NCBI GenBank assembly: GCA_002841865.1
Contig: PHBD01000013.1
Location: forward strand, 6,524 to 70,523
Reading direction: 5' to 3'
From: Deltaproteobacteria bacterium HGW-Deltaproteobacteria-19
Lineage (GTDB): Bacteria; Desulfobacterota; Syntrophia; Syntrophales; PHBD01
DNA: 64,000 nucleotides
Shown: positions 54,678-64,000 of the stretch, one piece after another
Layout: each line of letters opens with the position of its first letter
Numbering within the stretch: position 1 is the first letter of the stretch
The notes under the pieces: model-generated
Databases searched by the model: none
What the model was told of the DNA's origin: nothing
The model's input: only the letters and a program-made list of their open reading frames with translations
Position numbers and translations under genes: made by a program

Positions 54678-55469
54678 TCAGAGCAGCGACCGGTCGTGGA
54701 GGATCCGGAGGAGTTCCCCCGCCTTCTCCTCCATCGTCCCTTCCAGGAAGAGACACGATGCGGGCGGCGGGGCCGAAACCCGAAGGGAACGTTCCCGGAT
54801 TTGCGGAGCGGGAAGGGTGTCGGCCGGGATTTCCGTGAGCCCCTGGGAGCGGGCCCGGAGTACGTGTGACAGGGCCGGATAGCGGGGGCGGTTGATTCCG
54901 GACTGTACCGCAACCAGCGCCGGAAGGCGGATCGCCAGGACCTCCCTTGTCCCTCCCTCCATTTCCCTTTCCACGCCGATGGACGGGCCTTCCATGCCGG
55001 CCTGCGCCTCCCAGCCGACGTCCAGGCGGATTGCCGAGGTGGCCCACGGCCAGTCCAGATGCGCAGCCAGCATGGGTCCCGTCTGGCCGTGCATGTCGTC
55101 TTCCGAGAGGGATCCCGCCAGGATCAGGTCGTAGCCCCTGCCGCCGGCCCAGGCGGCCAGGAGGGCGGATATCTCCGAGGGCATCGGGTTCCGGTCATCG
55201 TCGAGACGGATGTGGTAACCTTCATCGGCGCCCATCTCCAGGGCGCGGCGCAGGGCCGCCCGGACGCGCGGGGGACCGGCGGAGACGGTGTCGATCCGCG
55301 TGCCCGGCATCGCCTCCCGGATCCGCAGGGCCTCTTCCAGGGCGTGCTCGTCGTAACGGTTGATCCTCCAGTCCGCCCCCTCCGCCGCCCTCCAGCAGGT
55401 GCCGCTCTCATCCGGCACGACGGCGATGTCATCGTCGGGGACCTGCTTGATGCATACCAGGATCTTCAT
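54678..55469 (-). CDS. etfB: electron-transfer-flavoprotein beta-subunit-like protein (no EtfA partner)
   Basis: ATG at 55469. MKILVCIKQVPDDD..., INRYDEHALEEALRIRE, LRRALEMGADEGY, YDLILAGSLSEDDMHGQTGPMLAAHL. Confidence 0.75.
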   Translation of the reverse strand: MKILVCIKQVPDDDIAVVPDESGTCWRAAEGADWRINRYDEHALEEALRIREAMPGTRIDTVSAGPPRVRAALRRALEMGADEGYHIRLDDDRNPMPSEISALLAAWAGGRGYDLILAGSLSEDDMHGQTGPMLAAHLDWPWATSAIRLDVGWEAQAGMEGPSIGVEREMEGGTREVLAIRLPALVAVQSGINRPRYPALSHVLRARSQGLTEIPADTLPAPQIRERSLRVSAPPPASCLFLEGTMEEKAGELLRILHDRSLL

Positions 55470-55477
55470 CGTTTTGC

Positions 55478-56851
55478 CTACATCAGCCCGTACTGCTTCA
55501 GCTTCTTGTGGAGGGTGCGGCGCGTGATGCCGAGCCGGCGGGCGGCCTCGCTCTTGTTTCCCCCGGCACCCTCCAGGGTCTTCAGGATGGCGACCCGCTC
55601 CAGTTCGTCGAGGGAGGTTCCCTCCACGGCAAGACCCGGTTCTTCCGGGGACTCCGCCGAAGCAGACGGGGCGCCGTCGGGAAGCGTCAGGGCCAGATCC
55701 TCCACCCCGAGCCATTCCGATCTGGCCAGGACGACGCCCCGCTCAACGGCGTTCATGAGTTCGCGGACGTTTCCCGGCCAGTCATACCGGAGGAGGCCGT
55801 CCATGGCCCGCGGTGTGAAGCCCTTTATGCTCTTCCTGTTCTTTTCCGCAAACTGGACCAGGAAATGCTGGGCCAACAGCGGAATGTCCTCTCGGCGCTC
55901 CCGGAGAGGGGGCATGGCCAGGTTGACGACATTGAGACGGTAGTAAAGGTCGTCCCGAAAGCGCCCCTGGCCGATTTCCTGGCGGAGATCCTTGTTCGTG
56001 GCGGCGATGATTCGCACGTCCACCTTCAGGACGTCGCTGCCGCCCACTCTCGTGATCTCCCGTTCCTGGAGAACCCGGAGGAGCTTCACCTGCATCCCCA
56101 GGGACATCTCGCTCACCTCGTCGAGGAAGAGGGTTCCCCCGTCGGCCTGGCGAAATTTCCCCTCCTTGCGCCGGTCGGCCCCGGTGAAGGCTCCCTTCTC
56201 GTGGCCGAAGAGCTCCGACTCCAGGAGGCTTTCCGTCAGGGCGGCGCAGTTGATCTTGACGAACGGGCCGTTCTTCCGGGAGCTGTTGTGATGGATCGCC
56301 CCCGCGATCAGTTCCTTGCCCGTGCCTGAATCGCCGGTGACGAGAACCGTCGCCTCCGTGGGGGCGATCTGCACAACCGTCTCCAGGAGCCGGGTCATTG
56401 CGGCGGAGCGACCCAGGATGTTCAGGCGGTCATAGCGGCCTTCAATGTTTTCCCGGAGGAGCCGGTTTTCCTCCGCCAGGCGAAGGTGTTCCATGGCCCG
56501 CCGGATCGTCAGTCGCAGCTCATCGAAGTCGAGAGGTTTGGTGAGGTAATCGTAGGCACCCTTTTTGAGGGCCTCCACTGCGGTTTCCACCGAGGCGTAG
56601 GCCGTCATGAGGATGACCGGGATGGCGGGATTGAAGGCCTTGATTTCCGTCAGGGCCTCGATTCCCGAGACATTGATCATCCGGATGTCCATCAGGACCA
56701 GGTCAAACGGTTCCTCCCGGACCGCTGCCACGGCGGCGGCGCCGTCGTCGGCCTCGGTGACGGCGTATCCCCAGCCGCCCAGGAGCGTCTTCAGCATGGT
56801 TCGGTGCGCCCGGTCGTCGTCTACAACGAGGATATGTTCGCTCTTCTTCAT
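55478..56851 (-). CDS. sigma54-dependent response regulator (ZraR/AtoC-like)
   Basis: Receiver domain (ILVVDDD...LMDIRM). GDSGTGKE and ESELFGHEKGAFTGA. C-terminal Fis-type HTH. Confidence 0.85.
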   Translation of the reverse strand: MKKSEHILVVDDDRAHRTMLKTLLGGWGYAVTEADDGAAAVAAVREEPFDLVLMDIRMINVSGIEALTEIKAFNPAIPVILMTAYASVETAVEALKKGAYDYLTKPLDFDELRLTIRRAMEHLRLAEENRLLRENIEGRYDRLNILGRSAAMTRLLETVVQIAPTEATVLVTGDSGTGKELIAGAIHHNSSRKNGPFVKINCAALTESLLESELFGHEKGAFTGADRRKEGKFRQADGGTLFLDEVSEMSLGMQVKLLRVLQEREITRVGGSDVLKVDVRIIAATNKDLRQEIGQGRFRDDLYYRLNVVNLAMPPLRERREDIPLLAQHFLVQFAEKNRKSIKGFTPRAMDGLLRYDWPGNVRELMNAVERGVVLARSEWLGVEDLALTLPDGAPSASAESPEEPGLAVEGTSLDELERVAILKTLEGAGGNKSEAARRLGITRRTLHKKLKQYGLM

Positions 56852-58611
56852 GTCCCTTTCCCGCCGGGGATCCGGAACGTCACAACGGTTCCCTTGCCCG
56901 GTTCGCTCTCCAGCCGGATGTCTCCGCCGTGGGCCTCGACGATCTTGTGGACGATTGCAAGGCCCAGGCCCGTTCCAGAAGGTTTGGTCGTGTAATAGGG
57001 GTCGAATACTCGCTCCAGGTCGTCCGCCGGGATGCCCGTCCCCGTATCGGCAATCCTCACCTGGACAGTCCCATCCGGATCGGTAGCCGCCATAGTGGTC
57101 AGAACCCCGCCCTTCTCCATGGCCGCCAGGGCGTTCAGGTACAGGTTGAGGAAGACCTGCTGCAGCCGGTCCGGGTCTGCCTTGATGGCCGGCAGATCCG
57201 CAGAAATTTTGATCTCGATGGCAATGTTTTTCTCCCGGGCCTGGGCCGCGATGACCCGGACGGCCCGTTCGGCTGCTTCCGCAACGGAAACCGGAACCCG
57301 CTGGAGAGTCATGGGGCGGGCGAACTCCAGGAGCTGGGTGATGACCCGGTTGAGCCTGTCCACCTCCTGGATCATAATGTCCGCGGTGCCGCTGTCTTCC
57401 GGGACATCCCGGTAGCGCTCCCGGAAGTACGTGGCAAATCCCTTGATGGAGCTCAGGGGGTTGCGGATCTCATGAGCCACGCCGGCGGCCAGGCTGCCGA
57501 GGGACGCCAGGCGCTGGCTCCGGGCGACTTCTTCCTTGAGCTGGCGCATTTCCGTGATATCCCGGAACAAAAGAATGGATCCGGGCGATGTGCCTTCTTC
57601 CGAATCCAGGGTTGTAGCCAGGGTCTCCAGGGGAAGGGTGCGGCCGTCCTCCAGCGGGCATTCCAGTTCCTTCTCAATGGTTTTCCCGCTTTCCCGCAAC
57701 TCCGTCAGCAGATCCAGCAGGCATTGGGGGAGGATTTCCCGGGCCGGTTTGCCGTCCACCCCGCCCGGGACAAGGCCGAGGATGTCCTCGGCCGACCGGT
57801 TGCAGGCGGCAATGAGGCCGTCGTTTCCGACGGCGACGAGACCGATGGGCATGTGCTCCACGAGCCGGTCCGAGAAGGCCTTGATCCGGGAGAGCGACCG
57901 CCGGGTCGTTCGCCATTCCTGCACGACGAAGAGAATCAGGAATCCGGCGCATCCGACCAGGAGGAACAGAGCGCCCTGGGCGATCGACTGGTTTCTCTGC
58001 CGTTTCCGGATATCCTCGAGAGGGGTTGTGTCCAGACCGACGAAAACGATCATCTGCCGGATCGTCTCCGGGTCCACCGGAGGAGAAATCCGTCCCCCCT
58101 GCCCGAAAAGAGGGCGGTTGGCAGCCGGCGAGAACCCGCGGTAGACCTCGAAGCTGTCTTCCCCGCCGGGGTTTGGAACCAGTCTCCAGCGGACCTGCCC
58201 GGAGCCGGCGATCTCTTTCAGGTTCAGATCGGTTCCATAGGGACGGCCGACGGACGAGGGGTCGCTGTCCGCCAGGATCGTACCCTCGCCGTCCACGACA
58301 ACCATGTAATCGACCCCCGCCTGCTGGGCCGTCTCGATGAGCAGCTTCTGCAGCTCCAGGTATCCCCAGTTGTGCAGACCAAGACCCGTTCTGGCCCCCG
58401 CCTCGTAGGAGCGGATGAGGGCCTCTCCCTTCTCCAGGAGAAGCTGGTTCATGAACGCTTCATGACGGGTCATGTTTGTCAGGGCCATCCAGCTGTACAG
58501 GGGGGCAAGAATGGCGGCGACGCCGAGGATGAACCAGGGCGAGAAACGAGCCCAGAAAGGCTTTCCGAAGGAGATGCGGGCTGGTTTTGTCCGTTTCGTC
58601 CGGACTGTCAT
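56848..58611 (-). CDS. sensor histidine kinase (ZraS-like; two TM, periplasmic domain, PAS, HisKA, HATPase)
   Basis: ATG at 58611. H-box HEIRNPLSSI, N-box NLYLNA, G-box GTGLGLAIV. 4-nt overlap with the regulator gene. Confidence 0.8.
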   Translation of the reverse strand: MTVRTKRTKPARISFGKPFWARFSPWFILGVAAILAPLYSWMALTNMTRHEAFMNQLLLEKGEALIRSYEAGARTGLGLHNWGYLELQKLLIETAQQAGVDYMVVVDGEGTILADSDPSSVGRPYGTDLNLKEIAGSGQVRWRLVPNPGGEDSFEVYRGFSPAANRPLFGQGGRISPPVDPETIRQMIVFVGLDTTPLEDIRKRQRNQSIAQGALFLLVGCAGFLILFVVQEWRTTRRSLSRIKAFSDRLVEHMPIGLVAVGNDGLIAACNRSAEDILGLVPGGVDGKPAREILPQCLLDLLTELRESGKTIEKELECPLEDGRTLPLETLATTLDSEEGTSPGSILLFRDITEMRQLKEEVARSQRLASLGSLAAGVAHEIRNPLSSIKGFATYFRERYRDVPEDSGTADIMIQEVDRLNRVITQLLEFARPMTLQRVPVSVAEAAERAVRVIAAQAREKNIAIEIKISADLPAIKADPDRLQQVFLNLYLNALAAMEKGGVLTTMAATDPDGTVQVRIADTGTGIPADDLERVFDPYYTTKPSGTGLGLAIVHKIVEAHGGDIRLESEPGKGTVVTFRIPGGKGT

Positions 58612-58630
58612 TCTCAAATGCTCCCCGGGT

Positions 58631-58677
58631 GGATAGTTAGTATCCAAGCGGATACCACAGGCGGTTATTCTGTATCC
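58631..58677. promoter_or_regulatory. palindromic candidate activator-binding sites (UAS)
   Basis: GGATA-GTTAG-TATCC lies at 58631-58645. GGATAC-N16-GTATCC lies at 58650-58677. Both are about 100-145 bp upstream of the -24 element. Confidence 0.45.
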
Positions 58678-58772
58678 ACTTTTTTCTCGTTCGTGCGCCG
58701 GGCAGGGGAATTCAGGACCATTGTTTTTGAAAAGCATAATGGAATCGCGTAATTGTGTTTCGCCTGCCGGGT

Positions 58773-58788
58773 TGGCACAGCCGTTGCT
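58773..58788 (+). promoter_or_regulatory. sigma54 promoter of the Spy/ZraP-like gene
   Basis: TGGCAC-AGCCG-TTGCT is a perfect match to TGGCAC-N5-TTGC. It lies 83 nt upstream of the ATG at 58871, divergent from the kinase/regulator operon. Confidence 0.75.
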
Positions 58789-58870
58789 CTTAATCCACAT
58801 AAAAGGGAAACAACACGGCACGGCAAAGAATGCAAATTCGGAAAGAGCAATACAGAAAGGAGATCCAAAA

Positions 58871-59404
58871 ATGAAAGGCAAGACATGGATGACAACGGTG
58901 GCAATCCTGGCTGTTGTCCTGATGGCGACCACGACCTGGGCCTATGGCCCGGGCGGAGGAAGAGGCTGGGGGAGAGGCCCCTGTTACAACGCCGCTGACG
59001 TCGGCGGTCCGGTGGGCATGAACCTGACGGCGGATCAGAACGAGAAGATCCGGGCACTGCGGGTGGCCCACCAGAAGGAAGTCCAGCCCCTCCAGGCGGC
59101 GATGTTCGCGAAGCGGGGCGAGCTCCGGACCCTCTGGCTCGAGACGACCCCGAACGAGGAGAAGATCCTGAAAGTGAACAGAGATATCGATGCCATCAAG
59201 GCCCAGTTGAATGAAAAAGCAACGAAACACCGCCTCCAGATGCTGAACGTACTGACGCCCGAGCAGAAAGCCCAGGTCCAGTCCCGCGGTTCCGGCTTCG
59301 GTCGCGGTCGCGGCCTCGGCCCGGGAGCGGGAGCGGGTGCCGGATGCGACGGCCCGGGTTACGGCCCCGGCCAGGGTCGGGGAATGGGTCCCCGAGGCTG
59401 GTAA
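58871..59404 (+). CDS. periplasmic Spy/CpxP/ZraP-family protein
   Basis: AAAGGAG RBS and a signal peptide. LTADQNEKIRALRVAHQKEVQPLQ...LTPEQKAQV (LTxxQ repeats). Gly-rich tail. Confidence 0.7.
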   Translation: MKGKTWMTTVAILAVVLMATTTWAYGPGGGRGWGRGPCYNAADVGGPVGMNLTADQNEKIRALRVAHQKEVQPLQAAMFAKRGELRTLWLETTPNEEKILKVNRDIDAIKAQLNEKATKHRLQMLNVLTPEQKAQVQSRGSGFGRGRGLGPGAGAGAGCDGPGYGPGQGRGMGPRGW

Positions 59405-59441
59405 ACTCCCAACCGGCGCACAGCGCCTGACATAGAGAAAA

Positions 59442-59474
59442 GGGTCGGAGGATCGTGAACCTCCGGCCCTTTTT
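59442..59474 (+). terminator. intrinsic terminator
   Basis: gggtcggagg pairs with cctccggccc (one G-U pair), followed by TTTTT. Confidence 0.7.
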
Positions 59475-59759
59475 GCGTCAGGGTCGCGGGGGCTGTCACA
59501 GGGGCTTCCTCCATCGCGGAAGCGTTTCTGCAATCCACCGTTTCCGCTCGGGAAGCCGTCCGGATGGAAACGCCTCCCGAATGCTCCTCCGGAAACCCCC
59601 GGCCGCGCCCCCGTGGTTGGGTGAAGTATCCACTCTATCATTGAAATTCGTTCCTGTCCCACCTTGTGGCCGTGCCTCCGCAACTGCAACCTGACGGTTG
59701 ATGTCCGGGCCTGGAAAGCGTAGAAGAAGTGTCCTGTTGCATTCCTGGAGCAAACCCGA

Positions 59760-60770
59760 ATGATCCGGAAAATCAATCGAACGTTTCTCTCCATCGCATC
59801 GCCGCGCCGGTCCTCTCCCCGGGGATCCCTTCTGCCGCTCGGGCGAGTCGTTCCGTTGCTGCTCTCCCTGCTTCTCCTGCTCGCTGCCCTTCCGGCCGCG
59901 ACGGCGGAGCGTGCCTACCGGCATCTCGTAATCCTGGGGGATCCCCATATCCCCGGGCAGTACCTGGATACGAAGGAACAGGTTATCCGGACCGTCAACT
60001 CCTGGCCAGACGTAGACATGGTCGTTGCCGTGGGCGACCTCTGCGAAGACCTGGGGACTGTCGGGGAGTATGAAACGGTGAAACATTTTTTCGGCCGGCT
60101 CAAGAAACCGTTTCTGCCGATTCCGGGCAACCATGACGTCGTTTACCGGGACGAACTGAATGTGAAGGGGAGAAGGATCCGGGGCGACGACGCCGCCCGG
60201 GAGGAGAAGCGGCGCCGTTTCCGGGAGGCCTTCGGCCAGCGGGCCGACTACCACAGCAGAAAGATGGACGGCTACCTGCTCGTCTTCCTCGCGCCGGAGC
60301 GGCCCGAGCATCTCGCGGAGATGTCGTACCGGCAGGTCGCCTGGCTCAGGTCGGAACTGAAAAAGCACCGGCGGCTCCCGACCATCGTTTTTTTTCACGC
60401 TCCCCTCCGGGGCACCCTCCCGGATTACAATTTCCGCGTCAACACCCCGAATTACATTGCCCAGCCGGCCGACCGGATCCACGAGGTCCTGATGGAGAAT
60501 CCCCAAGTCTTCCTCTGGGTCTCCGGACACACCCACACCGTGCCGTTCCGGGACGGTTTCGCCTCGCCGATCAACACATACGGGAAACGCGTTACGAACA
60601 TCCACAATCCCGACCTGAACCGGGCCCGGATCTGGACCAATTCCCTCTACCTTTTCCCCGACCGGGTCGTCGTCCGGACCTACGACCACGGAAAAGGGGC
60701 CTGGCTGACGGAGTTCGAGCGGATTATCCGGCCGGAGTGCCTTGGGGAAGCGGAACGCCGGCGTAACTGA
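59760..60770 (+). CDS. metallophosphoesterase (calcineurin-like), secreted/anchored
   Basis: Motifs GDPH, GDL, GNHD, FFHAP and SGHTH, after an N-terminal hydrophobic signal. Confidence 0.7.
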   Translation: MIRKINRTFLSIASPRRSSPRGSLLPLGRVVPLLLSLLLLLAALPAATAERAYRHLVILGDPHIPGQYLDTKEQVIRTVNSWPDVDMVVAVGDLCEDLGTVGEYETVKHFFGRLKKPFLPIPGNHDVVYRDELNVKGRRIRGDDAAREEKRRRFREAFGQRADYHSRKMDGYLLVFLAPERPEHLAEMSYRQVAWLRSELKKHRRLPTIVFFHAPLRGTLPDYNFRVNTPNYIAQPADRIHEVLMENPQVFLWVSGHTHTVPFRDGFASPINTYGKRVTNIHNPDLNRARIWTNSLYLFPDRVVVRTYDHGKGAWLTEFERIIRPECLGEAERRRN

Positions 60771-60874
60771 AGCCCTCCGTCGCAACAGCGGAGGGGCTCC
60801 GGAACGTTCGGGTTGATTAACGGGCGAAGATATTATAGAAAGAACGCCACCCGGCATTTTCGGAGCGAATACAA

Positions 60875-62134
60875 ATGGGCCTCACCATCACCGAGAAAAT
60901 CCTTCTCCGACACACCGACCTGACGGACATCCGTCCGGGCATGCTCATCAATGCCCGTGTGGACGTGGCCCTGGGGCACGACATCACGGCGCCCATCGCC
61001 ATCGACGAGTTTCGCAAGGCCGGAGGCGGGAAGGTCTTCGATCCTGCGAAGGTCGTCCTGGTGGCGGACCATTTCACCCCCAACAAGGACATTCTGTCGG
61101 CCGGACAGGTGAAGATCCTCCGGGAATTCGCCCGGGAGCAGGGCCTGACCCACTATTACGAGGGGGGGCGCTGCGGCGTCGAGCACGTCCTGCTCCACGA
61201 AAAGGGGATCGTCGTCCCCGGCGACGTGGTCATCGGCGCCGACAGCCACACCTGCACGTACGGCGCCCTGGGGGCCTTCTCCACCGGCGTCGGGAGCACC
61301 GACCTCGCGGCGGTCATGATGACCGGCGAGGTGTGGCTCCGCGTTCCCGAGAGCATGGAGATCGTCCTTCACGGCCGTCCGGGGCGCTGGGTAAGCGGGA
61401 AGGACGTCATCCTCCACGTCATCGGCCGGATCGGCGTCGACGGTGCCCTGTACAAAGCCATGGAATTCAAGGGCGACGGTGTCTCTGCCCTGACCCTGGC
61501 GGACCGGCTCACCATGGCCAACATGGTCATCGAGGCGGGGGCCAAAAACGGGATCTTCGCCCCCGACGCAATCACGGAGGCCTACGTGAAGGAACGGGCC
61601 GACCGGCCCGGCATTCTCCTTGCCTCCGACCCGGACGCCCGGTACGCCGAGCGCCTGGAAGTGGATGTGGCCGCCCTGGAACCCCAGGTGGCCTTTCCCC
61701 ACCTGCCCTCCAACACCCGGGGGATCCGCGACGTGGGGAACGTCCCCATTGACCAGGTCTACATCGGCTCCTGCACGAACGGCCGGATCGAAGACCTGCG
61801 GATCGCCGCCGCGCTGCTCAAGGGCAGGAAGGCGGCGCCGGGCCTCCGCCTGATCGTTGTCCCTACTACGCCGGAGGTGTACGGTATGGCCCTGCGGGAA
61901 GGGCTCCTGGAGATTTTCCTGGCCGCCGACGCCGTCATCGGCCCCCCCACGTGCGGCGCCTGTCTGGGCGGGCACATGGGGATCCTGGCGGAGGGCGAGC
62001 GGGCCGTGGCGACGACGAACCGGAACTTCGTGGGCCGCATGGGGCACACGAAGAGCGAAGTCTACCTGGCCAACCCCGCCGTGGCGGCGGCGTCGGCCGT
62101 CCTGGGCCGGATCGCCGGACCCGACGAACTGTAG
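60875..62134 (+). CDS. leuC: 3-isopropylmalate dehydratase large subunit (short, 419-aa type)
   Basis: DHFTPN, GADSHT, GSCTNGR and the CGACLGG Fe-S ligand motifs. Confidence 0.9.
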   Translation: MGLTITEKILLRHTDLTDIRPGMLINARVDVALGHDITAPIAIDEFRKAGGGKVFDPAKVVLVADHFTPNKDILSAGQVKILREFAREQGLTHYYEGGRCGVEHVLLHEKGIVVPGDVVIGADSHTCTYGALGAFSTGVGSTDLAAVMMTGEVWLRVPESMEIVLHGRPGRWVSGKDVILHVIGRIGVDGALYKAMEFKGDGVSALTLADRLTMANMVIEAGAKNGIFAPDAITEAYVKERADRPGILLASDPDARYAERLEVDVAALEPQVAFPHLPSNTRGIRDVGNVPIDQVYIGSCTNGRIEDLRIAAALLKGRKAAPGLRLIVVPTTPEVYGMALREGLLEIFLAADAVIGPPTCGACLGGHMGILAEGERAVATTNRNFVGRMGHTKSEVYLANPAVAAASAVLGRIAGPDEL

Positions 62135-62144
62135 GGGGTGCCCG

Positions 62145-62657
62145 ATGAAATTCCGGGGCCGCGTCTGGAAATTCGGGGACAACGTCGACACCGACGTCAT
62201 CTATCCCGCCCGGTACATGAACATCCACGATCCGAAGCAGATGGGCGCCCACTGCATGGAGGACGCCGATCCGGACTTCCTGAAGAAGATCCGCCCCGGC
62301 GACATCATTGTTGCGGGGGAGAACTTCGGCTGCGGGTCCTCCCGGGAGCACGCCCCCATCGCCATCCGCGAGGCGGGGCTGTCGTGCGTCGTGGCCCGGA
62401 GCTTCGCCCGCATCTTCTACCGCAATGCCTTCAATATGGGGCTGCCCATCTTCGAGTCCGCCGAACTGTGGGACCGGGTCCCGGAAGGGGCCGAGATCGA
62501 GGTGGACGGCGCCGCCGGGACGATCCGCTTCCTCGGTGAGAGCGGAGAATCCCTGGCCATCCAGCCTATTCCGCCGTTCATGCTCGAGTTGCTGAAGGAC
62601 GGCGGTCTCATGAAGCACCTGGAAAAAAAGCGATCCGCCGGGGAGGGACACTCATGA
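62145..62657 (+). CDS. leuD: 3-isopropylmalate dehydratase small subunit
   Basis: ATG at 62145. [28 protein letters not shown]. Confidence 0.9.
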   Translation: MKFRGRVWKFGDNVDTDVIYPARYMNIHDPKQMGAHCMEDADPDFLKKIRPGDIIVAGENFGCGSSREHAPIAIREAGLSCVVARSFARIFYRNAFNMGLPIFESAELWDRVPEGAEIEVDGAAGTIRFLGESGESLAIQPIPPFMLELLKDGGLMKHLEKKRSAGEGHS

Positions 62658-63748
62658 GCCGGAATCATTTCCGGATCGCCGTGCTCCCCGGCGACGGCAT
62701 CGGGCCGGAAGTCGTCCGGGAGGCCCTGCGGGTCCTTGCGGCTCTGTCGGAGGAGACCGGCCTGTCCCTGGATATCCGGGAAGGCTTCGTAGGCGGCGCC
62801 GCCTACGACCGGTTCGGAGAGCCCCTGCCGGAAGCGAGCCTTTCCCTGGCGATGGAGTCCGACGCCGTCCTCCTGGGCGCCGTGGGTGGTCCGAAATGGG
62901 AGTCCCTCGACTATGCCCTTCGGCCGGAGCGGGCCCTCCTGGGGCTCCGGGAGCGCTTGGGCCTCTTCGCCAATCTCCGCCCCGTCCACGTCTTTGACGA
63001 CCTGCTGGACGCCTCCCCCCTGAAGCGCTCCGTCGTCGAAGGGACCGACATCCTCATCGTCCGGGAACTGACGGGGGACCTCTACTTCGGAAAGCCCCGC
63101 GGCGTCCGCGTGGAGGGAGGACAGCGGATCGGTGTCAACACCCTCGTCTACACGGAGGGGGAGATCCGCCGCATCGCCCGGACGGGTTTTGAGGCTGCGA
63201 GGGCGCGGAGGAAACAGCTGCTCTCCGTCGACAAGGCGAACGTCCTGGAGAGCACCCAGCTCTGGAGGGACGTGGTGACGGAGGTGGGCCGGGACTACCC
63301 GGACGTCGCGCTCGGGCACATGTACGTGGACAACTGCGCCATGCAGCTTGTCCGCAACCCGCGCCAGTTCGACGTCATCGTCACGACGAACATGTTCGGC
63401 GACATCCTGAGCGACGAGGCGGCCATGATCACCGGCTCCATCGGCATGCTGCCGTCGGCGAGCCTGGGGGACGGCCGGGGGATGTACGAGCCCATCCACG
63501 GATCGGCCCCGGACATCGCCGGGACGGATTCCGCCAATCCCCTGGGAACGATCCTCTCCGTTGCGATGATGCTTCGCCACTCCTTCAGCCTCGATACGGA
63601 GGCCCGGCGGATCGAGGATGCGGTCCGGGCGGTCCTCCGGGACGGGCTTCGGACCCGGGACATCGCCGGGGACGGAACGGGGCTGACCCCCGTCGGAACC
63701 GTCGCCATGGGGGACGCCGTCGTCCGCAAGATCCGGGACGGGGCCTGA
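62654..63748 (+). CDS. leuB: 3-isopropylmalate dehydrogenase
   Basis: [48 protein letters not shown]. Confidence 0.9.
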   Translation: MSRNHFRIAVLPGDGIGPEVVREALRVLAALSEETGLSLDIREGFVGGAAYDRFGEPLPEASLSLAMESDAVLLGAVGGPKWESLDYALRPERALLGLRERLGLFANLRPVHVFDDLLDASPLKRSVVEGTDILIVRELTGDLYFGKPRGVRVEGGQRIGVNTLVYTEGEIRRIARTGFEAARARRKQLLSVDKANVLESTQLWRDVVTEVGRDYPDVALGHMYVDNCAMQLVRNPRQFDVIVTTNMFGDILSDEAAMITGSIGMLPSASLGDGRGMYEPIHGSAPDIAGTDSANPLGTILSVAMMLRHSFSLDTEARRIEDAVRAVLRDGLRTRDIAGDGTGLTPVGTVAMGDAVVRKIRDGA

Positions 63749-63807
63749 CGGGATCCTTTGCAAAGGACCGCCGGCGAATCGATACGAACACCCCGCAGGG
63801 AACGAAC

Positions 63808-64000
63808 ATGCAGGATGAATCCGGCCGGCCGGGGCCGGTCACCGTTTTTGAAACCATTCCCCTCCGAACGCCCGTCCGGGAGATCTACCGCCGCCTCGGC
63901 TGGCGGTCCGGACAGACGGAACTCCCGGAGGAGCGGCGACAGGAGGTGGACCGGCACATCCGGGATGCAGAGTCCCTCATTCGTCTCCGGGGGGCGGCAC
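63808..64000 (+). CDS. hypothetical protein, N-terminal fragment (runs off window edge)
   Basis: Hand-read from the ATG at 63808: MQDESGRPGPVTVFETIPLRTPVREIYRRLGWRSGQTELPEERRQEV... The frame is open to the window end. Confidence 0.3.
   Translation, partial: MQDESGRPGPVTVFETIPLRTPVREIYRRLGWRSGQTELPEERRQEVDRHIRDAESLIRLRGAA

Noticed and set aside
56929-58752. 607-aa plus-strand ORF opposite the ZraS-like kinase.
   Set aside because: Shadow ORF, for the same reasons.
60771-60874. Leucine leader peptide or attenuator upstream of leuC.
   Set aside because: There is no Leu-rich mini-ORF and no alternative hairpin set. Only a hairpin ending the upstream metallophosphoesterase gene (60771-60800) is present.
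60833-63763. 455-aa and 448-aa minus-strand ORFs opposite leuC/leuD/leuB, and the 266-aa plus-strand ORF 61857-62657.
   Set aside because: The first two are shadow ORFs. The third is leuD with a spurious N-terminal extension overlapping leuC. The LeuD homology starts at the ATG at 62145.

Overview
This is a high-GC chromosomal segment of Gram-negative type (lpxC, mlaA, lgt, ruvCAB, leuCDB, purC, dnaJ, trxB, and three sigma54 enhancer-binding proteins). Gene content resembles anaerobic Deltaproteobacteria/Desulfobacterota, but that is inference only. All protein calls come from motif recognition in the supplied translations or my own hand translation; no database search was possible.

Positions 1 to about 10150 are the right-hand part of an integrative element. 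It carries a P4-type tyrosine integrase, two excisionase/AlpA HTH proteins, a PrimPol-helicase replicase, an HGGxSTG protein, several small orphan genes and AT-rich cargo.

The most unusual observations are:
(i) The element encodes its own sigma54 activator with no input domain. A near-consensus -24/-12 promoter follows it, in front of the xis/alpA/replicase operon.
(ii) A lambda-O-like origin (iterons plus an AT-rich tract) is embedded in the replicase gene.
(iii) The element carries a 355-aa glycine-zipper-rich orphan protein and AT-rich membrane/lipoprotein cargo.
(iv) A decayed, cas-less type I-E-like CRISPR repeat cluster lies near 28.8 kb, in a lower-GC accessory patch bounded by a 5'-truncated tolC.
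(v) A structured 140-bp tandem repeat lies between ruvA and ruvB.
(vi) A ZraPSR-like module has a perfect sigma54 promoter, and an orphan etfB sits in the kinase operon.

The rest is ordinary housekeeping. Many long ORFs in the track are antisense shadows of real genes, as expected in high-GC DNA.
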